Source of the DNA: the human T2T-CHM13v2.0 reference genome, Homo sapiens
Reading direction: 5' to 3' (one strand)
NCBI RefSeq assembly: GCF_009914755.1
Contig: NC_060931.1
DNA length: 64,000 nucleotides
Shown here: positions 28,047-40,863 of the stretch, piece after piece
How the letters are laid out: every line of letters begins with the position of its first letter
Position numbering within the stretch: position 1 is the stretch's first letter
Notes under the pieces: generated by a model
The model's database searches: none
What the model was told of the DNA's origin: nothing
The model's input: the letters and a program-made list of their open reading frames with translations, nothing else
Program-made: the position numbers and the translations under genes

Positions 28047-28683
28047 TGTCAGTAAAATATTTGAAAAGATTTATTCTGAGCCAAATATGAGTGACCAATG
28101 GCCCATGCATGATACAGCCCTTGGGAGATCCTGAGAATATGTGCCCAACTTGGTTTTACACATTTTAGGGAGATTTAAAACTTCAATCAATACATGTAAG
28201 ATGTACATTGGTTCAGTCTGGAAAGGTGAAACTGAAGCAGGAAGGAGTTAGGGGGCAGGGGCTTCCAGGTTATAGGTAAATTAAAAGATTTTCTGATTGG
28301 CAATTGATTGAAAGAGTTTAATTATGGTCTAAAGACATAGAATCAAGAGAAAGCAATGTCTGGGTTATGTTAAGGGGTTGTGGAGACAAAGGTTTTATTA
28401 TGCAGATGAAGCCTCCAGGTAACAGGCTTCAGAGAATAGATTGCAAATGTTTCTTAACAGGCTTAAAGAATCTGTTCTATCAGTCTTAAGGTCTGCGTTG
28501 ATGTTAATGCTGGTCAGCTGGGCCTGAATTTCAAAAGAAAGGAGGGTATAAGGAGGCTTATCTGACTCTTCCTTTCTATCAGGGTCTGAACTAGCTTTTC
28601 AGGTTAACTTTAAAATGCTCTTTGCCAAGAGGTGGGGTCCATTCAGTTGGCTGAGGGGCTTAGAAGTTTATTTTTAGTTTACA
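28047..28683 (-). mobile_element. MER4A-type ERV1 solo LTR
   Basis: Ends ggggtccattcagttgg...ggggcttagaagtttatttttagtttaca (reverse complement of the MER4A start); gatttattctgagccaaatatgagtgacc near the other end. Confidence 0.85.
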
Positions 28684-28722
28684 TAGATACACACACACCC
28701 ACAGAGAGAGAGAGAAGAGGGA

Positions 28723-28790
28723 GGAAGGAAGGAAGGAAGGAAGGAAGGAAGGAAGGAAGGAAGGGAGGGAGGGAGGGAGGGAGGGAGGGA
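28723..28790 (+). repeat. (GGAA)10 followed by (GGGA)n
   Basis: GGAA x10 at 28723-28762. Confidence 0.95.
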
Positions 28791-31659
28791 GAAAAGGAGG
28801 GAATGGGAGGGTAAAGAATGAGGCAGAAACAAAACGGAAATACCCTTCACAGCTAACCTGTGCATTTGTGCTGCCATTGGGCTTGTCATTAGTTGTGTTG
28901 GTTGTTCCTTGCACAAGGGCAGCCAGACTAGTGAGTCAGGGCTGAAATCAGTTCCTGTTCCACTTGGAAACCACATGCTCTGGCACCCATCTGCATTTGT
29001 GGGGAAAGTGACACCTTTTTCTAATTCATGCAAAGACACCATATGGGCTACCTGTGGCCTGGCAACAGAGTCTACCACTTATACCCACAGAAGATTAAGC
29101 ATTTGTGCTCATCATTACCCTTTCCAGCCACTGTCTTTTAAAATCTAGTGACACTTCAGTGCAAAGTTGTTTAACTGATACCTTGTTTTTGGTGAATTGA
29201 GTAGATACTGGCAACGTAACAAACCACGAGAATTTGGACAGAGGCATCCCCAAAAAAGCAGTGAGGAAAGGAAGTGTTTGCAGCTAAAATACATTTAATT
29301 ACATCCTGGGACCACTTCAACATCTTAAGCATGTGGACCACAGCTACTTCTTCATTAGGTGTTGCTCTCTATTTGATTTACAGAATGCAGGGTCAGCACT
29401 TGTGAATTAGCGTCGTGAATAAGACATTCATAAAACCTTATCAGTTCAGAACTGATGCTAAGACAAGACGCAGGTCTAGAGCTCATAAGACTGGTGACAA
29501 TTTCACTTATTTATGTCAGAGAAATGTTACACCTGTGTTTTTATAGCATAAAGTTGGTGAGCCTTTCTCTGTGCAAACCTCATAAGCCAGACAACACATG
29601 CAATTAATTGACAGAGACAAGAGAATCCCCATTTCTGTTTTCTGCATGGCTGCTTTGCTTACATTTCAGCATACTTTACCTCAGTTTTATTTTTGAACTT
29701 GATCTAGTTTGGATTTTGTACACCCCTAAAAATTACCTAAACTCAATTGTAACACTAGACTGCTGCTGAACATCATGCTTATAGAGTTGGAAGTGTTCTG
29801 TTGAAGGATCATTTATCCAAAAGCAACAGCAAAGATTTATCGATACCTAGTAAAATTCTGCCATTCCATCCTTCACTGTCCAGCTCCCTTCTGAAGATCG
29901 GACATTCTTTTAAAGGCAAATAAGACGCATAGTGGTATTTTACTTGGAACCTTATGAGAGAGAACTCAATATATTTGAAGACCCTGGCATTTGTTTTTAA
30001 AAATACTTTATTGTGTGTGTTTTTTCTTTCCCCATCATAGCATTGTTAGGGGAGAAAATTGCATTATTTAAAAGTATATTATGTTAGAAGCCAGAAGTCT
30101 TGAGCTATATTTCTCTGCTCTCTGTATAACCCTGAGTCCATGGACAAATAAATTTGCTTTCCTGAGCCTTTGTTTTCCTGTTTAGAAAATGAGACAATTG
30201 ATCTAGATAAAATTTAAGCTCCCATCCAATCATAAATGTTCCATAATACTAATGTAGAAAAAGCAGGTTACTCAGAACTATTTCTGAATCCAAAAAGATA
30301 GATAGATAGATAAAGCTACTTTATAAATTATGAATTTTTTTTGTAGAGTCTGAGACTTTATGTAAAAGAGAGAGATGGACATACAGAGAGAGAGAAAAAA
30401 CAAAACGAAACAAAAAACAGAGAAAGAGGTGCTGGATATATTTGGACCCTCCTTTGTGAGAAGGGAAAAGATGATCCCAGGAGAAGATGGGATCATCTCA
30501 TCCAAGAAAAGATGATCAGCTAGAACCAGATTGCTGGGGTAGTCTAGAACAAACATTTCAAAAGAGGTTCACTACTTTATGAGGAGACAGTTCTCAAACA
30601 AGAAGATACTCTGTGAATAGATGTATTAGAATTTATCAACAGAAGCACTCTTTCTTCACCCCTTCCAGCTATAGTACCCTGAATATTTTGATATTTTAAT
30701 GCAAAAGAAGACATATTGCCCTAGGTTTTAATTTTTGACTACCCAAGAAAATTATCAACCTGTAAATTGCTTTTTTCTCTATATTGATATAATAATTAGA
30801 ACCAAGCTAATCAGATGTGCCATTATGTTCTTTCCTTCACATCATAGTGCCAGGCAACATTGAGGGGACAGCTGGCCAGCCTGATGCCAAAAGAGAGGCA
30901 TCTAAGCCTCTTCAGGCAACTGACATTTATAGGAATTATGGTATAGCATCAATAATTCACACAACCTCACAACAAGTGCTGGTAAGCAGCTGGTCTGTAG
31001 ACAGGGGCCTCATCACTTACTCATGTTTGAGACATTTATACTGGTTCATTGCCTTACCTTAAGGCTTCTTTAATTGTAGGGACCACGAAAAGAATGCAGC
31101 AACTAGCAATTAAAGCAAAAGTGCTGCTCTGCATTATAAGGGTATATGTTGATTACTTCATGGAGAGGGTGATTGGCTTTTGAAACCCTAAGTGAATGTT
31201 TGGTCACAAAAATCTAACATTTTAAATGATCAATTTATTTCTGTTTATCATTTCCTTGAGCTGTGAATTGAAAAGAAAAAAACTCTACCACTTATTTTAT
31301 AGAATCTTAGACATTTAGTATTGAATGTTTCCTTAGAAATGATCCAATTCTTTATTTTGTTTAAAAAACAAAGATCTAGAGAACTAAAGTAACTTTCCTC
31401 AAATCAGACAGCTGGTTAGTAAAAGTTTTAAGACTAGAACTCAAGTTTGGTGAAAATGTTTCCCCTAACTGACCTTTGCATGCACAAAGTTCGACTGATT
31501 ATAATCCTTGGCTTGGGACAGACTGTCATTATTCATCAATAACTTATCAACTTTTATTTTACAATAATATAATAAAGGCTTATGGACCCAGCAGCCCTCC
31601 AAACAGCAAGGAGCATGTCAATAATATGCTGAACTTATGGTCCTTCTCATTCCCCTTTC

Positions 31660-32125
31660 CTTCTCCCTTTGCTACCTAGAAGTAACCAGCAACCTGAATC
31701 CTGCATTTTCTTGATGTACTTTGCATAGTTTTATGGCATGTAAATGTATGTCTTAAAAATATATTTTTAATTTATAAAATGTGTATCATGCTGTATATAA
31801 CATGACATAATATTGCCAAGACTCATCCATATTGTTGTATATGCCTGTATCATAGTGTATTTTTCACTCTCCCATTAATAAGCTTTTGGATTCTCTCTAA
31901 GTTTTTTCCATTGTGAACAGTGCTGCTATGAATATTCTTGTAAATGTCACCTATTCCAAAGGTGCATGAGTATCCCAGGGGTATATACTTAGCAAGAATT
32001 TCTTGGTATAACACTATACAGTTATTCAGTTTCAGAAATTAGTGACAAACTATGTCCCAAAGGGGTGGCACCAATATGGACTTTCACCAGCAGCGTGGAA
32101 GATCCTGTAGATTGTATCTATCTGG
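31660..32125 (-). mobile_element. Ancient L1ME 3' fragment
   Basis: attgtgaacagtgctgctatgaatattcttgta...ccaatatggactttcaccagcag. Confidence 0.65.
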
Positions 32126-32129
32126 CTTT

Positions 32130-32365
32130 TACTGTAGAGGGCCATACAGTCATTATTGTTGGCTCTATGGGCCTCATATGGTTTCTTTGGCAGCTACTGA
32201 ACTCTGTCATTGTAGGTAAAAGTAGCCACAGGTAACACATAAATGAGTTTCATAAATTTTCACAGTATAAAATATTGTTCTTCTGCTTCTTTCCAACCAT
32301 TTAAAAGTGTAAAAAACATAATTTGTGAGTCACACAAAAACAGGTGGCAGACTGATTACTTTTTC
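32130..32365 (+). mobile_element. MER58-family (hAT-Charlie) fragment
   Basis: gcagctactgaactctgtcattgtag...aaaaacaggtggcagac. Confidence 0.65.
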
Positions 32366-32452
32366 TTTCCTCATCCTATCTTCTTTTATTTATTTTTTAT
32401 TTATTTAAAAAAATTATTGATAGCCCGTTACATGCCATAACCCGTTCCAAAT

Positions 32453-32804
32453 TGATATGGTTTGGCTCTGTGTCCCCACCCAAATCTCATGTTGAATTGT
32501 AATAATCCCAATGCGTCAAGGGCGGAAGCAGGTGGAGATAATTGAATCATGGGGGCAGTTTCCCCCATGCTGTTCTTGTGACAGTGAGTTCTCACAAGAT
32601 CTGATGGTCTTTATAAGGAGCTTCCCCCTTCGCTTAGCACTCATTCTCTCTCCTGCTGCCCTGTGAAGAGGTGCCTTCCGCCATGATTATAAGTTTCCTG
32701 AGGCCTCCCTGGCCATGCGGAATGGTGAGTCAATTAAGCCTCTTTTCTTCATAAATTACCCAGTCTGTTATTTCTTTACAGCAGCATGAGAACGGACTAA
32801 TATA
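32453..32804 (+). mobile_element. THE1 (C/D-like) solo LTR
   Basis: tgatatggtttggctctgtgtcccc...ggactaatata with 5-bp TSD caaat (32448-32452, 32805-32809). Confidence 0.93.
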
Positions 32805-33365
32805 CAAATACTGAGGATTCTGTCCGTGAACAACTTATAACTTTCCTGCTCTCACAGAGTTTGAACTCTAATCAGAAGAGGCAGAACATAGACAAATGTA
32901 TATATTCTAAGCAAGTCATGATAGGTATTTTAAAGGCAGATTCAGAGAAGTAGATGCTGGTGGTAGGAGGTAATAGTTTACATAGAATGATGAGGAAAGC
33001 CCTGTTTGATAGAACAACACAAGTTGAGTTCATTTTTAAATGAGGTATTGGAACATCCAAGTATCTGAGGAGAAACTACTGAGTGAGAGAGAGCAGCAAA
33101 CCTCTACACCTCCTCCCCTGAGCTTTTATGGTTCTAATAGCATGCTGATATCTCTTCCCAAATATTCCACAAGCTCCTTTAAGTCTTCATTTGCCAATCT
33201 AAATTTATCATCTACTACAGCCTTGGATTTCCTAACTTGGTGAAGGGCACCTGTGTGAACTCATCACTCAAACCAAAACCCTTCAAATTTTCCTGCATCT
33301 TAGGTTGCCTTTTACTCCAAGCATCAATTTACTAAACAAGTAATTTCATTTTTTCCCTTAGTATC

Positions 33366-33725
33366 TGTATTAGTTTCCTAGGGCTGCCATAACAAAATAC
33401 CATGGACTGGGTAGCTTAAACAATAGAAATGTATTTTCTCAACTTCTGGAGTCTAGGATCAAGGTGTCTGTAGGTTTATTTTTTTGTCTGTGGCCTTTCT
33501 CCTTGGCAGATGACAGCTTTCTCTTTGTGTTTTCAAATGGTCTTTCCTCATTTCCTCTTCTTGTGAAGACATCAGTTGGATTAGATGAAGGCTCACCTTC
33601 CTGGCCTCATTTTAGCTTTATGTCCTCTTTAAAGGTCCTATCTCCAAATATCGTCAAATTCTAAAGCACTGGGGATTAAGACTTCCACATATAAATTTTG
33701 AGAGGACACAATTCAGCACATGAGT
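33366..33725 (-). mobile_element. MLT1A-type LTR
   Basis: tgtattagtttcctagggctgccataacaaaatacc...gacacaattcagc. Confidence 0.85.
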
Positions 33726-33739
33726 ATCTTCTAATCTAA

Positions 33740-34402
33740 TACCTTTCCTCTGCTTTTATTGCTACCACCTTACCATTTCCTTCCCTTTTTTATTTATGTT
33801 TATTGGTTTTCTGATTCTAGATTATACTCTTAATGATCAATTGTCCCCAAAACCAGCAGAATAGTCCTACAAAAATAAAAATGTGATCTTATTTTATTCT
33901 GCTTGAATCTTTGATTTGTTCCCCAGTAGCCTTCAGGATAATGTCCACTGGCATACTGTATCCTCAAAGAACTGCACCATCTGCATCCCTGTTCTTCCTC
34001 TCACCAGGTAAACTCTCATGCTGTCAGCTACAACAATAGTAAACTATTTGCAGTTCAGGGCCTTTACAAATTTTCTTTGCCTGAAATTTCATCTCTGCCT
34101 TAATCCAGTCTTTTTAAGTGACAGATTAATATATTCCAAGAAGCATGGCTCAATGTCATCTATGAAAAACATTAGCATACCATCATTTTCACCATTGTCT
34201 GAGTTAGCTGTTCTTCCTCTGTCTCCCAGGTCATGATATCTTTCATATCACTGACATTGTATAGGATAATTATTTCTGCCTTGGACTAAGTGCCTGTGAA
34301 CAGGGACTGTGTCCTGATTTATTCTTACATCTTTAGTGCCTAGCAAAGGGCTGCTCCTCTTAGGCACTTAGTAAATATTTGTTACATAAGTGAATGAATA
34401 AA
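33740..34402 (+). mobile_element. L2 3' region
   Basis: Ends cagggactgtgtc...gcacttagtaaatatttgtt...gaatgaat. Confidence 0.65.
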
Positions 34403-35659
34403 TATATAAAGGAATAAAAATGATTAGCTAGAAGAAACATTTTTGTATATTATTTTGATACTCTAAAGCTAATATTCTAATGGTAATCAATATAGTTTAA
34501 AAATAAACCATTCAATTTTACTAAACAAAATGGTGAACTATAATTGGATTACATGGTATAATTATGACAATATGCATATAAAAATTAAAAGCCTACATAG
34601 CAAATTAATACACCAATAATTACTAAAAATAATACACTAATAATTAAAAGTGGTTGTTTCTGGTTTTTTTTTTTTTTTGCAAATGATTAAGCTGTACACA
34701 ATTTATTCTTTTTTTATACTTTTCTGTATTTTTCAAATAAACTTGATTCTATGAAATATCCCATGACCCAATTCATGTTAAGCAAATTTACTACCCTTTT
34801 CTCAATATCTTCAAACTGTTTTCTTTACATTTCACTGTTTAGAAAATATAAAATGATATCTGCAACAAATTACATTCTGCTACAAATCCACATTTTCACG
34901 ACAAGAACAAAAAAATGCATAACAAGGCATAGAGGATAAATTTCTCTCCAACCCACTGTGAAATTTTCATTAAGCCCCTCATATCTTCTCCAGGTCTAGG
35001 CCCTAAGGACAAATGAAGAGTCTAATCTTTGATCAAGGCTTACTTCAAGCCAAAATTATCTATTGCTCTAGAGAAACTCTTCCAAATGGTCATACCCTGC
35101 TGCTATGAAGGTGACAGTCCTCCCCACTGCTCACATATTGCATAGCTGCAGGATGCGAGGCAAAGACTTGAAAAACAAGATTAAACCTTACTCAAAACAT
35201 TATTTCCATTAAAATTACATCACACCGAATATCATTACCTAAATATTTTTATCTTTCTGTAACTCTTACAAAACAAACATTACCCTTGAGGCAACCTTGC
35301 AGAATAACTTTCACTTAGGAGAAATGAAAAAGGAACAGACATTATAATTGTAGGGAAAGAATAAAACAATAATGGTGCACTTTCTTAAGACCTTCCCTTA
35401 TTTTTTTTTTTTTCATTTGCTGATTATCCCTTTGGCCAAATAGTAGAACTGTGGAGGTTCAGAGATGGAAGGAACCTTACTGATCATCTAGTATGTATAG
35501 CATAATTTACAGTTGTGGAAATTTAAAGCCCAGATAAGCCAAGGAACTTGGTTAATGTACTGATTCTTCTTCCTCTGGGAAACCTAGGAAATGAATTGGA
35601 TGATAAGTGACATGGCTCTGTTATTAATTTCAGCCATGTGATTGATTTCACAGGTTCTT

Positions 35660-35870
35660 CAGTTAAAAAGACTTGGGTTCTGTCCCCCTTTTACCACTTA
35701 CCATCTGTTTAACCTTGGGTAGATTATTTAGGCCTTTAAAAACCTCCATTTCCTCAGTTGTAAAATATCAATTTTAGAGGACCTATCATGTAAAGAGGTG
35801 TTAGGATTAAATGACAAATTGCTTAGAACTGTACTTGGGATCATAGTTGGCTACTACTATTGTTGTTGTC
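35660..35870 (+). mobile_element. MIR SINE
   Basis: gacttgggttc...ccacttaccatctgtttaaccttgggtagatta...tttcctcagttgtaaaat. Confidence 0.7.
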
Positions 35871-36312
35871 ATTTATCCTACAGGTAATCCTACTGTTTGA
35901 GATAAGGCATTCTGGGAGACAAGATTTAAGAGCTTTTGAAGAAGACAACTTTATCACATTTGCTTCAGACTGTTTAGTGTGTGTCCAGCTTCAATATCTC
36001 TCTGTTTCTTAGACATTTTAAAGACTGTTAAAGGAGGAGAAAGGCCAGATTACAACAATTGTTGACATTTAGTGAAGGCTTAGTATAAAACAGGCTCTCT
36101 CCTAAGTGAATTTTGTGTAGTAACCCATTTATTCCTGAAAACAGCTTCACGAAGTAGGCAGGCACTGTTCTAATATCTGCTTTGAAGATGAAGAGACAGA
36201 CGCAGGGGTTGGTTTCAACATGTGAAAGTATATTTTATTATCACCTCCCACATTCACTTCTGCAATTCCAACATTTGCAAGGCAAGAGAGGATTTGCCAC
36301 CCTCTGGTGTCT

Positions 36313-36480
36313 CTTTTTTTTTTTTTTTTTTTTGAGATGGAGTCTCGCTCCAGTCACCAGGCTGGAGTACAGTGGCCCAGTCTCGGCTCACTGCAATCTC
36401 CACTTCCCGGGTTAAGCGACTACCCTGCATCAGCCTCCCCAGTAGCTGGGACCACAGGCGCGCACCACCATGCCCAGCTA
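36313..36480 (-). mobile_element. 5'-truncated AluS (right monomer only) with TSD
   Basis: TSD ccctctggt(g/a)tct at 36300-36312 and 36481-36493. Confidence 0.92.
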
Positions 36481-38089
36481 CCCTCTGGTATCTTGGGTTT
36501 GATCTTCTGCTTCGGGCTGTGGCTTCAGGAGCTGGCAGTGGCTTGCGTGGTGGCAGGAGAAGTTCCCACCAGTCCTCTGGCTGTCATAACATGCATTTCA
36601 TAGCTCTCACCATATGTAACAGTGAGCAAGTTTTTATTTATCAAAAAGGTAGCCTTTGATGAGGGGCTTGACTACCTGCTTATGAATTAACAAATAGCAG
36701 ATATAAAGATTTCTAAGTCATGCTCTTAGGGCAAGAAAATGCTTTGAAATACTATCTGATCTGCTTATTTTCTGGGTTTTCGCCTTCTCCACCCCTTCCA
36801 AGTCAAGGTCTGAGTCTGAGTTCTATTGGATATTCACTACAACTGAGAGTTATTATTGTTCTCAGCTTTGAGCCTTAAACTAGGCTTTTAGAAACTCTAA
36901 GCAAGATAGCAGTTTTAAAGGGAAGAATTTTTCCTGAATGACTAAATTAGGTTTTATCATAGTCAAAAGCATAGATTAACCAAGGCAAGCTCTAAAGTAA
37001 GAAGCAATATGGTAAAAAGAGAGCATGGTAAAAACAAAGTTCTTATCACATCTTAAATAGAAAGGCCTTTCTATTAATGGTATACAAGAGAGAAAGCGGA
37101 AGGAGAGAGAGAAGAGATGGGAGAGGAGATAGGAAGAGAAAGGGGTAGAATGAAGGAAAAAAAGAAGAAATAAAATTGCTGTGAAAGGAGAGCAAAGGAT
37201 AGCAGAGAGAGGAACAAAGCAAAACCAGACTTCCCTCCTCCCCTCACTTTCTGCTTGGTGCCCAAATCCAGAGCAGAGGCAGAATGCAGAGATACCCAGA
37301 TTGTTTTCAGGGAACTAAGATAGGGAGACACATAAGGATCATCTCCTTCAATAAAAAGAGCGTTGATGTCCTCATAAATTTTCTCTATTCTTAATGTGTC
37401 ACTCTCCTCTAACAGCCATAGTCAGTAAACTTTTTATGAATCCCCTTCTTAGCTTTGTGACTCATGTCTAGATTTAGTAGCCCTGATCTCTGTTTATCAT
37501 CCCTTAACCTTAGCATTCAAATGATTCACCAATTTATGCATGCAATTGTATTGTGATGCCTTATTTTCCAATCTCCAAAGAAGTGTCGTTTGGGAAATAT
37601 TGTACAGGTCTGGATATAAATGTTACTCTATCCGACATGTAACTCATATTTACAAATTGAAAAAGTTTCAGAATTTTTATGGGGACATTTAAAAACGTTA
37701 GGTGGCTTAAAATATTCCCTACTGATGTACATCATCTCATTTGAAATAATGTATTCGATGGAAGCAAATGATCTAGTGAAGAGTATTCTTCATCTTGCTT
37801 TCCATAATAACTTACGGCCGTATCTCAGTTCTCAAAATGCTTTTCCAATTACAGCTAGCACTTGATCATTTGCGTGCACAGCACTTTACCTGAACGATTG
37901 TTGTGGCACTTTTACCTTTCTACCTTGCCACCTGTCCTGAGACCCTCCTCAGAAATCGTAGTTGCTGAGTCTGGAGTAGAGAGGTTGGTGACTATGCAGT
38001 AAGGATACACTGTGTCTAACTTAGAATCTTACAAGATGTCACTGACCTCCATCTCCTTTGAAGACTCTCCGTGACCTCTAAAAGTTGGA

Positions 38090-39810
38090 GTCCCTGAGGC
38101 CTTACCCTGGGCTTTCTTCTCTTTGCTTGACGTATAAATGTTTTGTTTTTGTTTTTGATTTTTTGTTTTTTTTGGCAGTCATCTCTTCCATTTCCATGGC
38201 ACTAAATGCCGTCTTCATGCTGCAGCTCCAACATCTGTTAAGCTCCAGATGTTTATATCTTGTTGTTTACCAGGCGTCAGCATTTAACTGTCTCTCAGGC
38301 ATCCCCAATCTGACTTGTTAAAAATGAAACTTTTGATCCCTCCACCAGGAAAATGTGTTCTTTCATTATTCATTTAGACAAAAAACTGGCAGTCATCATA
38401 CACACTCGTCTCTCTTTCTCTCCTTTTCTTTTTCTCACTCTCTTTTACTACCTGCCATATCCAACCCACCAATAACTTCTATTTTTTAAATTTCTGTCAA
38501 ATATATGTTAAACTTATTGACCTTACATCCACTGCCATCACCCTGATTGTAGCTACTGTCACCTCCATTCAGGGCTACAAGATCTTCTACCCCTACCTAC
38601 CCCAATCCATTCTCCATGTAACAGACAGAGTGATCTTTTAAAAACAGAAATTCGATTGTTTTGCTTCCCTGCTTAAAACCTGTCGGTGCTTCCTATCATT
38701 CTTTGTGTTAGGTATCCACACTCCTTCTCGGGGTCTCAAACCTTGTGCAGAATGGCTTCTTGCTAACCTCAGCCTGAGCCCCATCTCATTCATTCAGCCT
38801 TTTGTTTTTTCTGGAACTCACCAAGTTGTTTCTCCTCTTACAACCTTTGTGTCAGAGGCATTCAAACCAGAGCAACTCCATCTTGAATAAGAGCTGGGTG
38901 AAATAAGGCTGAGACCTACTGAGCTGCATTCCTGGACATCCTTGGGCATTCTAAGTCACAGGATGGAATAGGAGGTTGGCACAAGATACAGGTCATAAAG
39001 ACTTTGCTGATAAAACAGGTTGCAGTAAAGAAGCTGGCCAAGACCCACCAAAACCAAGATGCAATGGGAGTGACCTCTAGTCGTCTTCATTGCTACACTC
39101 CCTCCAGAGTCATGACAATTTACAAATGCCATGGCAATGTCAGGAAGTTACCCTATATGGTCTAAAGAAGGGAGGAGTCCTCAGTTCCAGGGAATTGCCC
39201 ACCCCTTTCCCAGAAAACTCATGAATAGTCTACCCCTTGTTTAGCATATAATCAAGAAATAACCATAAAAATGGGCAACCATCAGCCCTCAGGGCTGCTC
39301 TCCCTATGGAGTAGCCATTTTTTTATGCCTTTACTTTCTTAATAAAATTGCTTTCACTTTACTCCATGGACTTGCTCTGAGTTCTTTCTTGTGCGAGATC
39401 CAAGAATCCTCTCTTGGGGTCTGGATTGGGATCCCTTTCCAGTAACATTTGTACCATCTCTTCCTTCTATCTAGAACTTTCCCCTGTCCCACCTACCCAT
39501 GCCCCTCACTCCCAACCCAGCCTTATCCTCCATCACTTACTTTTTGATCTTTTAGGACCAGTTCAAATATCAATTGTTTTGACACGGTCCATGTTCACCC
39601 TAAGGAGATCCTTCCTGTTGGTATTTTTTACTAAAATCTATTTATTTCCTGAAAATTACCCATCCTATTGAATTCTTATTTAGTCTCTTTCCCTGTTTCA
39701 TCTTTTAAGATATTCTTTGAAGGTCAAGTCCATGTCTGTTTTATTCACCACTAACAAGCCCCATTACCTGGGCCCATGGTAAGCAGCTTATTGAATGAAC
39801 GAATGAATGA
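38090..39810 (+). mobile_element. L2 fragment interrupted by MER41
   Basis: ccatccactgccatcacc-like, gagtgatcttttaaaa...cttccctgcttaaaacc; ends gaatgaacgaatgaatgaa. Confidence 0.7.
38850..39447 (+). mobile_element. MER41B-like ERV1 solo LTR
   Basis: tgtcagaggcattcaaaccagagcaactccatcttg...ccctttccagtaaca with 4-bp TSD tttg. Retains the GAS-containing segment. Confidence 0.92.
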
Positions 39811-40347
39811 ATTTCCCACCAATAACATGTGAGTTAGATAGGAACTACCTCAAGCTCATCTCAGAGAAGTGCTTTTTCACATGTCTAAATCCCCCATCCT
39901 TCAGCCCCTTCATCACTTTTCTTAAAAAGCACTTGGGGCTGGTTGCGAGTAAGAGTGGGAAATTCAAATTTGCAAAGTTAGTTCCTGATAGTTCGGAAAC
40001 GTGTGTCCTGGGGATCCAATCATATGATCATTTGTTCTGCTTCAGGTTCTTTGCTAGCCACCCATATCCTGCTCCAGTCAATTCGCACCCTTTAGTTCCC
40101 AAGGGCGTAGGTCAGAAACAATGCTCAGTACTTTCAATCCTGGCATTGCCAGCAGCAATAGGTCAGGCAAACACTGGGGTTGCTGGGACCACTTAGAATG
40201 TGGAATGGGAAGGAGCAGTTCTAAGATCATTAATGGTTTCAGCATAGAAAAACAAAAGTCCAGAGACCTGCCAAACCCCTGTGGGATAATTGTGGTTCTG
40301 TAAGAACTTGGCCTCTGAGTTCGGCATTGCCTGTAATTACAGCCTTT

Positions 40348-40734
40348 CTTTCTTTCTTTTTTTTTTTCTACTTTAAGTTCTGGAATACATGTGCAGAACG
40401 TGCAGGTTTGCTACATAGGTATACATGTGCCATGGTGGTTTGTTGTACCTATCAACTCGTCATCTAGGTTTTAAATCCCGCATGTATTAGGTATTTGTCC
40501 TAATGCTGTCTCTCCCCTTGCCCCCGACCCCGCAACAGGCCCTGGTGTGTGATGTTCCCTTCCCTGTGTCCATGTGTTCTCATTGTTCAACTCCCACTTA
40601 CGAGTGAGAACATACAGTGTTTGGTTTTCTGTTCCTGTGTTAGTTTGCTGAGAATGATGGTTTCCAGCTTCATCCATGTCCCTGCAAAGGACATGAACTC
40701 ATTCTTTTTTATGGCTGCATAGTATTCTATGGTG
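40348..40734 (-). mobile_element. 5'-truncated L1PA (PA7/8-like) 3' end
   Basis: ctttaagttctggaatacatgtgcagaacgtgcagg...; 13-bp TSD aattacagccttt at 40335-40347 and 40736-40748. Confidence 0.93.
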
Positions 40735-40863
40735 AAATTACAGCCTTTCTATTCAGCATCCTCATTTGTAAGCCTCTCAAATGTCTGAGATTATGATTAT
40801 CAGTGCATAAGCCCTACACTGTGAGCTTACTAAGAATATTTTCTTATGTCTGCTATCATTGGG

